Below, piece by piece: positions 46,894 through 53,800 of a stretch of DNA of 53,800 nt. The position numbers and the translations under genes were made by a program. The notes below the pieces were generated by a model. It was not told the DNA's origin. It did not search any database and saw nothing but the letters and a program-made list of their open reading frames with translations. Source of the DNA: an uncultured PS1 clade bacterium (lineage in GTDB: Bacteria; Pseudomonadota; Alphaproteobacteria; MED-G09). Position 1 is the first letter of the stretch; every line of letters starts with the position of its first letter. The stretch covers positions 1 through 53,800 of the forward strand of contig CACLQD010000001.1 in NCBI GenBank assembly GCA_902609025.1. Reading direction: 5' to 3'.

Positions 46894-48516
46894 TTATTCT
46901 GCAGCTTGAAGATTTGGAGCAGCATCTATTATATCAATATCTACATATGGTTTAAAAACATCAAAATTATCAGAAAACATCTTTACTAATTTCTGTGCCT
47001 GTAAATCATAACCTTCTTTATCTTCCCAAGTTTCTCTTGGATTGAGAATTTTTGTATCAACTCCTTCAACTGCTGCTGGGACTTCAAAACCAAAATTTTC
47101 ATCAACTCTCATATCTGAAGATAATAAAGAGCCAGTGAGGGCTGATGATAACAATTTTCGAGTTGCACCAATTGGCATTCTCTCACCTGTTCCATAAGGT
47201 CCACCCGTCCACCCAGTATTAACAAGCCAACATTTAACACTATGCTCAGCAATAAGCTTTTGTAGTAACTTTCCATATTCAGAAGGGTGTCTTGGCATAA
47301 ATGGTGCCCCAAAACAGGCAGAGAAAGTTGCTTCTGGTTCAGTTACACCCTTTTCAGTTCCAGCGACTTTTGCAGTATACCCTGAAAGAAAATGGTACAT
47401 AGTCTGAGAAGCAGATAATTTTGCAATTGGTGGAAGAACTCCAAATGCATCACATGTTAATAGAATTATATTCTTTGGCATACATGTTCTTCCTGTTTCA
47501 CTAGCATTAGGAATAAAAGATAAGGGATATGCACCTCTTGTATTCTCAGCAAGCGAACTATCGTCTAAATCAATTTCTCCAGAAGATTTGTCAATAACAA
47601 CATTTTCTAAGATTGTTCCTCTTAATTTTGTTGTTTGATAAATTTCAGGTTCAGCTTGCTCAGAAAGCCTGATCATCTTTGCATAACAACCGCCTTCAAA
47701 ATTAAAAACACCATTACTTGACCAACCATGCTCATCATCACCAATCAAAATTCTATTTGGATCGGCTGATAGAGTTGTTTTTCCAGTTCCAGATAAACCA
47801 AAAAATATTGCTGGATCCTCATCTTGACCAACATTGACTGAACAATGCATAGGCATAACATTCTTAGGGGGAAGTAAATAATTGAGCATTGAAAAAACAG
47901 ATTTCTTTATCTCTCCTGCATATGAAGTGCCTACAATTATAACTAATTTCTTTTCAAAATTGACTGCAATTAAAGTTTCAGAAGAACACCCATGTCTTGA
48001 TATATCAGCTTTAAAACTTGGAATATCAATTATTACAAATTCAGGATTAAATTCAGATTTTTCTTCTTCTTTAACTTCAATTAATAAATTCTGTATAAAC
48101 AGAGAATGCCAAGCATATTCCGTATAAACTCTTGTACTTAAACGATAATCTAGATCTGCCCCACCAAATAAATCTTGTACATATAATTCCTTCTCTTCAC
48201 AAAAATTCAAAACATCTTTATATAGATTATCAAAATTTTCTTCTGTAATTGACTTATTGTTATCCCACCAAATTGAGTCTTCATTCTGGTCATTTTTTAC
48301 AATAAATTTATCATTTGCTGATCGACCAGTATGTATTCCAGTTTCAACAACAAGAACTTCATCTTTTGATAATAAACCTTGTCCGTTTGAAATTGTTATA
48401 TCATAAATATCATCTCTATTGAGATTCCAACTAACTTTTTTTAGATTTTTAAAGCCATGACTATCAGTCCCAACTTTAGAAAAATTTTCACCCACATTTT
48501 CCAATTTAATGCTCAC
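46894..48516 (-). CDS. pckA: Phosphoenolpyruvate carboxykinase (ATP)
   Basis: [11 protein letters not shown] kinase-1a loop, TGRSANDKF and IGDDEHGW. The track ORF extends to ATG 48555, adding a hydrophobic [13 protein letters not shown] that looks non-native. GTG 48514-48516 gives 540 aa, the usual length, but the start is uncertain. Confidence 0.9.
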   Translation of the reverse strand: MSIKLENVGENFSKVGTDSHGFKNLKKVSWNLNRDDIYDITISNGQGLLSKDEVLVVETGIHTGRSANDKFIVKNDQNEDSIWWDNNKSITEENFDNLYKDVLNFCEEKELYVQDLFGGADLDYRLSTRVYTEYAWHSLFIQNLLIEVKEEEKSEFNPEFVIIDIPSFKADISRHGCSSETLIAVNFEKKLVIIVGTSYAGEIKKSVFSMLNYLLPPKNVMPMHCSVNVGQDEDPAIFFGLSGTGKTTLSADPNRILIGDDEHGWSSNGVFNFEGGCYAKMIRLSEQAEPEIYQTTKLRGTILENVVIDKSSGEIDLDDSSLAENTRGAYPLSFIPNASETGRTCMPKNIILLTCDAFGVLPPIAKLSASQTMYHFLSGYTAKVAGTEKGVTEPEATFSACFGAPFMPRHPSEYGKLLQKLIAEHSVKCWLVNTGWTGGPYGTGERMPIGATRKLLSSALTGSLLSSDMRVDENFGFEVPAAVEGVDTKILNPRETWEDKEGYDLQAQKLVKMFSDNFDVFKPYVDIDIIDAAPNLQAAE

Positions 48517-48608
48517 TAAAATTAATAAACATTTATAACAGAAAGTTATAAACATATAAATAAGGTATTATATACTTTTTCAAAAAAATAAATTAATTTA
48601 TTAGATAA

Positions 48609-49301
48609 ATGGTAAAAATTTGTTTGATAGATGACGATCAAAATATTCTAGCATCACTTAGCCTTGCTTTGAAATCAGAAAAATTTGATGTAGAAACATA
48701 TTCTGACGGAATTGCTGGGCTAGAAGCCCTTAAAAATAATAATTTCGATATAGCAATATTAGATATTAAAATGCCAAGATTGGATGGTTTAGAAGTATTA
48801 CAAAAACTCAGAAATATGTCCGATATACCAGTTATTTTCCTTACATCTAAAGATGATGAAATTGATCAATTATTAGGGTTAAAAATGGGTGCTGATGATT
48901 ATATTACCAAGCCTTTTTCTCAGAAATTATTAATTGAAAGAGTAAAGGTAATACTAAAAAGGACAGCATTTTCTAGTGAAGAAAACCAAGTTAATAATGA
49001 CTCTTTAATTGAACGTGGAAATTTACTCCTAAATATGGATCGGCATGAATGTCATTGGAAGGGAGAAAGAATAAAATTAACTGTCACAGAATTTTTATTA
49101 CTTGAGAGTTTAGTAAATCGACCTGGATATGTAAAAAATAGAGATCAACTAATGTCTGCAGCATATAATGATGATTTATATGTTGATGATAGAACTATTG
49201 ATAGTCATATCAAAAGAATCAGAAGGAAGTTTAAATCAATTGATAAAAATTTTGACTCTATTGAAACTTTATATGGAGTTGGCTACAGATTTAACCAATA
49301 A
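48609..49301 (+). CDS. chvI: OmpR-family response regulator ChvI
   Basis: The receiver ([15 protein letters not shown]...DIKMPRLDG) and winged-helix output (YGVGYRF) resemble ChvI/BvrR. It is divergent from pckA, as in other Alphaproteobacteria. Confidence 0.85.
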   Translation: MVKICLIDDDQNILASLSLALKSEKFDVETYSDGIAGLEALKNNNFDIAILDIKMPRLDGLEVLQKLRNMSDIPVIFLTSKDDEIDQLLGLKMGADDYITKPFSQKLLIERVKVILKRTAFSSEENQVNNDSLIERGNLLLNMDRHECHWKGERIKLTVTEFLLLESLVNRPGYVKNRDQLMSAAYNDDLYVDDRTIDSHIKRIRRKFKSIDKNFDSIETLYGVGYRFNQ

Positions 49302-49306
49302 AAAAT

Positions 49307-50827
49307 ATGTTTAATTTATTTAAACCAAGATCCTTAGGGGCAAGAATAATAGCCATAAACTTTATTGGGTTAATACTTTTAGCCCTAGGCTTTATTTATG
49401 TAGATAAATCAGAAGATAATTTAGTCAAAGCAAGAATTGAGGCTTTATTAGTCCAAGCTAATTTATTTGCATTTTCTTTTGATTTAAATCCAGAAATTAG
49501 AGAAGATTTTAGAGAAAACTTAAATAAATTCATCCTAAAAAGACAGGAAGACAATAAATTTATAACAACCCGAACAAGAATATTTGATAAAGATCTACAA
49601 ATTATTTTTGATACAAATGATTTCGATAATAGAGAATCAGTTAATAGAAATAATAGCAAAACATATATCTATAAATTTTTCGAAATTTTAGAAAATTATT
49701 TTGGAAGAAATGCGCAAATTTTACCTCAAACAGGTTTTTCTTCCTCAGATATAAATGAAGCTCTTGACGGTAATGCAGTAGCAAAAGAGTACAAACTAGA
49801 TAATGGAGGAATAATTGTCCATGTCACAGTTCCAGTTTTTAATAATAATGAAATTGTAAACGCATTGCTTCTTACAACCGAGGAAGGTGATATTGGTTTA
49901 ATCCTTCAAGAAGGAAGACAAGGTTTTGTAAGAGTATTTATAATTACAATATTTGTTACACTTTTTCTATCAATTGCCCTGTCAGCCACTATAGCAAGAC
50001 CATTAACAAGATTATCAACCGCAGCAGAGAGAGTTACTGATGCAGGTATTGGTGATACTCCAATTATGGATGATCGAAGAGACGAAATTGGGACACTTTC
50101 AAGATCTATAAGAAGAATGACAGTAGCCCTACAAGATAGGGTAAATGCTGTCGAGGCTTTTGCTGCTGATGTTGCTCATGAAGTCAAAAATCCATTAACT
50201 TCATTACAAAGTGCTATCGAAACATTAAATACCTCGAAAAGTGAAGAAGAAAAAAAAGAACTTATTTTAATTGCATTTAAAGACCTTAAAAGGCTCGATA
50301 GATTAATTTCAGATATTTCTTCAAGCTCAAGATTAGAAGTTGAATTAGCAAAGGGTGAGTTTAAAAATACCGATTTAAAAGATGTTTTATCCTCTGTGAT
50401 TGAGGTAACGGAGTCAACATTAATTAAAAAATACGGGGTTGATATTAAATTTAAAATGGTAAATGAAGATATTTTAATTAGTGGTATAGGCGATAAAATT
50501 GCACAAGTTTTTCATAATCTAATTGACAATGCTTTATCATTCTCATCAAAGGGTGATTGTATAGATATTTCACTATGGAAAAGTAATAAAGGTGCGATTG
50601 TAGAAATAAAAGATAATGGCCCAGGTATACCCAAAGAGAGTTTATTAAAGGTTTTTGATAGATTTTATACATATAGACCGAATGATAAAAGTTTCGGAAA
50701 TAATTCAGGATTAGGATTGTCAATTTGTAAACAAATAGTAAAAACACATGGTGGTTCAATTATTGCTGGCAATAAAGAAAATGGCGGAGCCATATTTACA
50801 GTAACTTTTCCTTTGGTTAATAGATAA
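49307..50827 (+). CDS. chvG: Sensor histidine kinase ChvG/ExoS/BvrS
   Basis: Two TM segments flank a periplasmic domain, followed by HAMP, H-box FAADVAHEVKNPLTSLQSAIETL and the ATPase G-boxes. Confidence 0.85.
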   Translation: MFNLFKPRSLGARIIAINFIGLILLALGFIYVDKSEDNLVKARIEALLVQANLFAFSFDLNPEIREDFRENLNKFILKRQEDNKFITTRTRIFDKDLQIIFDTNDFDNRESVNRNNSKTYIYKFFEILENYFGRNAQILPQTGFSSSDINEALDGNAVAKEYKLDNGGIIVHVTVPVFNNNEIVNALLLTTEEGDIGLILQEGRQGFVRVFIITIFVTLFLSIALSATIARPLTRLSTAAERVTDAGIGDTPIMDDRRDEIGTLSRSIRRMTVALQDRVNAVEAFAADVAHEVKNPLTSLQSAIETLNTSKSEEEKKELILIAFKDLKRLDRLISDISSSSRLEVELAKGEFKNTDLKDVLSSVIEVTESTLIKKYGVDIKFKMVNEDILISGIGDKIAQVFHNLIDNALSFSSKGDCIDISLWKSNKGAIVEIKDNGPGIPKESLLKVFDRFYTYRPNDKSFGNNSGLGLSICKQIVKTHGGSIIAGNKENGGAIFTVTFPLVNR

Positions 50828-50842
50828 ATAGAGGTAAATGAT

Positions 50843-51250
50843 TTGATTGGCTTAATAATAATTACACACGGTAACCTTGCAATAGAATTAAAAAATTCTC
50901 TTGAAAATATTATTGGTCCTCAAAAAAATCTTGAAACTGTATGCATTGGTTATGATGATGATGTTGATAAAAGAAAAGAAGAGGTAAAAGAATTAATTAC
51001 CAAAGTTGATAGCGGTGAAGGAGTAATACTTTTAACGGAAATGTTTGGAAATACGCCATCGAACTTATTAATTTCATTAATTGAGGATAATAAAATAGAA
51101 ATGATTGGTGGTATTAATTTACCTTTACTGATAAAACTTGGATCCTTAAGAGAACATACAAATATAGAGGAAGTAATACATTCTGCTGTAGAAGCTGGGC
51201 ATAAGTATATAGGCATAGCAAGCGAAATTTTATCAAAAGAAGATAGTTAA
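50843..51250 (+). CDS. PTS EIIA component, mannose/fructose family (regulatory EIIA-Man, ManX/PtsM-like)
   Basis: MIGLIIITHGNLA carries the phosphorylatable His in a THG context. Also present: ILLTEMFGNTPSN and GINLPLLIKL. TTG start after GAGG. Confidence 0.85.
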   Translation: MIGLIIITHGNLAIELKNSLENIIGPQKNLETVCIGYDDDVDKRKEEVKELITKVDSGEGVILLTEMFGNTPSNLLISLIEDNKIEMIGGINLPLLIKLGSLREHTNIEEVIHSAVEAGHKYIGIASEILSKEDS

Positions 51251-51282
51251 AATATATAGTTTAATTATTTAGGAGAACAAAA

Positions 51283-52575
51283 TTGGAATTCAATGATTAC
51301 AAAGTTGCCGATATAGGGCTTTCGGATTGGGGACGAAAAGAAATAGAAATTGCTGAGACAGAAATGCCTGGTTTGATTACGCTAAGAAATGAGTTAAGCA
51401 AATCTAAACCATTAAAAGGAGCAAATATTGTTGGCTGTCTCCATATGACAATTCAGACTGCAGTATTGATTGAAACTCTAATTGATTTAGGGGCAACAGT
51501 AAGATGGTCATCATGTAATATTTTCTCTACTCAAGACCATGCTGCAGCTGCAATAGCTAGTAAAAATATTCCTGTTTTTGCTTGGAAGGGTGAAACAGAA
51601 GAAGAATACGATTGGTGCATTAGACAAACAATTGAAGGGTCATCAGATTGGAAGCCAAATATGATTCTAGATGATGGCGGTGACTTAACAAAGATTATAC
51701 ATGAAGAATATCAAGATTTATTAGGCGATATTCGTGGATTATCTGAAGAAACTACAACAGGTGTTTTAAGACTTTATGAAATGGAAAAGGAAAATACCCT
51801 TGCTGTACCAGCTATTAATGTTAATGACTCAGTCACAAAATCAAAATTTGATAATTTTTATGGATGCAGAGAAAGCCTTGTCGATGGTTTAAAAAGAGCA
51901 ACTGATGTTATGCTAGCCGGAAAAGTTGCAGTTGTTTGTGGATTTGGAGATGTTGGAAAAGGGTCGGCAGAATCACTTCGCTCACAAGGGGCTAGAGTAA
52001 TTGTTACAGAAATTGATCCAATTTGTGCACTTCAAGCCTCTATGGAAGGCTATGAAGTATCAACTGTAAATGATGTAGCTAAGACAGCAGATATTTTTGT
52101 TACAGCAACAGGTAATAAAGATGTTATTACGCTCGAACATATGCGAGAAATGAAAGATCGAGCAATTGTTGCAAATATTGGTCACTTCGATAGCGAAATC
52201 CAAGTCTCCAAATTAAAAAACTTCAAATGGGACAATATAAAACCACAAGTTGATGAGATAGAATTTCCTGATGGCAAAAAAATTATTTTATTGGCTGAAG
52301 GAAGATTAGTTAACCTAGGTTGTGCAACTGGTCACCCTAGTTTTGTTATGAGCGCCTCATTCTCAAATCAAGTTTTAGCACAGATTGAAATTTGGAATAA
52401 TTATGAGAATTATGAAAATAAAGTTTATGTCTTACCTAAGCACTTAGATGAGAAAGTAGCTTATATTCATTTAGAAAAACTTGGAGTTAAATTAACTGAA
52501 CTTAGTGATGATCAAGCAGATTATTTAAGTTTGAATAAAGAAGGTCCATTTAAACCAGATCATTATAGATATTAG
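51283..52575 (+). CDS. ahcY: Adenosylhomocysteinase
   Basis: [29 protein letters not shown]-binding site [11 protein letters not shown], and C-terminal PDHYRY. TTG start preceded by AGGAG. Confidence 0.95.
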   Translation: MEFNDYKVADIGLSDWGRKEIEIAETEMPGLITLRNELSKSKPLKGANIVGCLHMTIQTAVLIETLIDLGATVRWSSCNIFSTQDHAAAAIASKNIPVFAWKGETEEEYDWCIRQTIEGSSDWKPNMILDDGGDLTKIIHEEYQDLLGDIRGLSEETTTGVLRLYEMEKENTLAVPAINVNDSVTKSKFDNFYGCRESLVDGLKRATDVMLAGKVAVVCGFGDVGKGSAESLRSQGARVIVTEIDPICALQASMEGYEVSTVNDVAKTADIFVTATGNKDVITLEHMREMKDRAIVANIGHFDSEIQVSKLKNFKWDNIKPQVDEIEFPDGKKIILLAEGRLVNLGCATGHPSFVMSASFSNQVLAQIEIWNNYENYENKVYVLPKHLDEKVAYIHLEKLGVKLTELSDDQADYLSLNKEGPFKPDHYRY

Positions 52576-52583
52576 ATCTCATT

Positions 52584-52904
52584 CTAATACTGTGATGGCG
52601 GCATTCTAACCTTTAAGCCATCAAATTCTTCAGTAATTGGTATTTGGCAACCTAATCTTGAGCTATCCTCTTTATATTCATGAAAATCTATCATACTTTC
52701 TTCTTCATCACTCATAGAAGAAATTTTATCTTTCCATTCATCACCAATAAAAACCATACATGTTGCGCAAGCTCCTCCACCTCCGCAATCAGCATCAATG
52801 CCTGGTATTGAATTAGATACTGCTCCCTCCATGATTGAAGTGCCAATATCGACATCAACTGGATGCTCTGTACCATCATGCTCTATATAAATAATTTTAA
52901 CCAT
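52584..52904 (-). CDS. 2Fe-2S ferredoxin, adrenodoxin/putidaredoxin type
   Basis: 106 aa with CGGGGACATC (C-x5-C-x2-C) plus the distal Cys in LGCQI. Confidence 0.85.
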   Translation of the reverse strand: MVKIIYIEHDGTEHPVDVDIGTSIMEGAVSNSIPGIDADCGGGGACATCMVFIGDEWKDKISSMSDEEESMIDFHEYKEDSSRLGCQIPITEEFDGLKVRMPPSQY

Positions 52905-52961
52905 AATTACCCATGTGAAAGTTTATCATTTAATAAAGCTATAATTAAAAAAAATCTATAA

Positions 52962-53800
52962 CTAGTTTACAATTTCCTTAATTGGAATAGTTTCATCAGA
53001 AAGTCGATTTTTATCTATTAAAACTTTTCCAGAAATAAGTTTTCTAGACATCATATGCTCTGCCGGTCGATTTACACAATCTGAAGCAATAATTGCATTA
53101 TCTTTTATATAAAAGACTGCAAAAGATTGTTTTTCTGTATCTCCTCGAACAATGATGTCATCATAATTATCCAATAATCCTACAATTTGGAGTTTAGTTT
53201 CGTATTGATCAGACCAAAACCAAGGTACCTGATTATAAGCAGTCTTTTCACCTGTAATTGAAGTGGCAACAGTTTTTCCTTGCTCAATAGCATTATGAAC
53301 AGACTCCAATCTTATATTCTTATTATAAAAATTATTTGGATGCATAGTACAATCACCTGCGGAAAATACTGAGTCATTTGAAGTTTTGCAAAATTCATCA
53401 ACTATAATTCCATTCTTAACTTCTATACCAGACTCAGAAGCAAGTGTATCACATGGTAAAACACCTATACCCACAATAACAAAATCAGATATTATTCCAC
53501 CATTAGAAGTAATAACCTCAATTCCATTATTATTTTCTGATAATCCTTCAACTGATGTATTAGTAAGTACTTCAACACCAGCTTGTCTATGCACTTTAGT
53601 ATAAAAGCTTGATATAGTCTCACTTGTAACGCGCTCAAGAATTCTTGGAGCCATTTCTACAATTGTGACTTGTAGACCCAAATTATTAATAATTGCCGCA
53701 ACCTCAAGACCTATATAGCCTCCACCAATTATAGTAACTTTTTTTGATTCTTTGATTTTATCCCTAATATTTAGAACATCGTCAATAGACCTAAGATAAA
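52962..53800 (-). CDS. FAD/NAD(P)H-dependent ferredoxin reductase (putidaredoxin-reductase-like), partial; N-terminus beyond the window end
   Basis: The frame stays open upstream of the track's 53681 start (TTG) to the window edge: YLRSIDDVLNIRDKIKESKKVTIIGGGYIGLEVAAIINNLGLQVTIVEMAPR (NAD-binding GGGYIGLE). Also FSAGDC and a C-terminal dimerisation domain. Confidence 0.8.
   Translation of the reverse strand, partial: YLRSIDDVLNIRDKIKESKKVTIIGGGYIGLEVAAIINNLGLQVTIVEMAPRILERVTSETISSFYTKVHRQAGVEVLTNTSVEGLSENNNGIEVITSNGGIISDFVIVGIGVLPCDTLASESGIEVKNGIIVDEFCKTSNDSVFSAGDCTMHPNNFYNKNIRLESVHNAIEQGKTVATSITGEKTAYNQVPWFWSDQYETKLQIVGLLDNYDDIIVRGDTEKQSFAVFYIKDNAIIASDCVNRPAEHMMSRKLISGKVLIDKNRLSDETIPIKEIVN

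Noticed and set aside
48517-48555. N-terminal 13-aa extension of pckA ([13 protein letters not shown])
   Set aside because: It is hydrophobic and Cys-rich and unlike PEPCK N-termini. The GTG start at 48516 gives the usual length of about 540 aa. It cannot be excluded without proteomic data.
51251-51282. SAH riboswitch upstream of ahcY; cobalamin, TPP or other riboswitches upstream of the TBDR genes
   Set aside because: The ahcY leader is only 32 nt. The TBDR leaders (15981-16084, 27907-28028, 39857-40113) contain no GC-rich helices capable of forming known riboswitch folds.
1-53800. CRISPR arrays, IS elements or transposases, integrases, prophage genes, toxin-antitoxin pairs, restriction-modification or other defence systems
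   Set aside because: I read both strands and all listed ORFs. There were no repeat-spacer arrays, DDE or tyrosine recombinase motifs, phage structural genes or defence-associated domains (nucleases, STAND ATPases, TIR, cyclases, and so on).

Overview
Very AT-rich (about 25-30% GC in housekeeping genes by hand count), extremely gene-dense chromosomal segment. It looks like a streamlined marine alphaproteobacterium. The lineage call rests on synteny: pckA | chvI-chvG-EIIA(Man)-ahcY, regB-regA and lptC-lptA-lptB. Compaction is Pelagibacterales/SAR11-like, with many 1-20 nt gene overlaps and convergent genes abutting with 0-2 nt spacers. I support about 50 CDS, one tRNA-Ser(GGA), three intrinsic terminators and two tentative promoters. 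Core blocks: rpmF-sppA; the rnd-like/lptC/lptA/lptB operon; queG; infC-rpmI-rplT-pheS-pheT-lepA; polA; pckA; chvIG; ahcY. Accessory-looking content: four TonB-dependent receptors (TBDRs), which to my knowledge cultured SAR11 lack. One is co-operonic with an M14 peptidase. Two are divergent, GC-elevated, and bracketed by near-identical hairpins. Other items of note: (1) a translationally coupled SDR - CPD photolyase - photolyase-related protein - DUF2256 - SelO operon, where the 52-aa DUF2256 ORF is absent from the supplied track; (2) an acyl-CoA dehydrogenase / cysteine-synthase-like / DinB-like / CinA block; (3) an enoyl-CoA hydratase / DUF3108 / 2OG-oxygenase operon; (4) pseudoazurin; (5) a ferredoxin plus ferredoxin-reductase pair at the right edge. 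The conserved alphaproteobacterial regulatory-PTS locus is eroded to a lone EIIA(Man), with no hprK or npr, and lptB is not followed by rpoN-hpf-ptsN. I saw no CRISPR array, IS element, prophage, toxin-antitoxin or recognisable defence genes. I cannot point to a clear-cut novel multi-gene system. The photolyase-SelO operon and the TBDR modules are the best leads.
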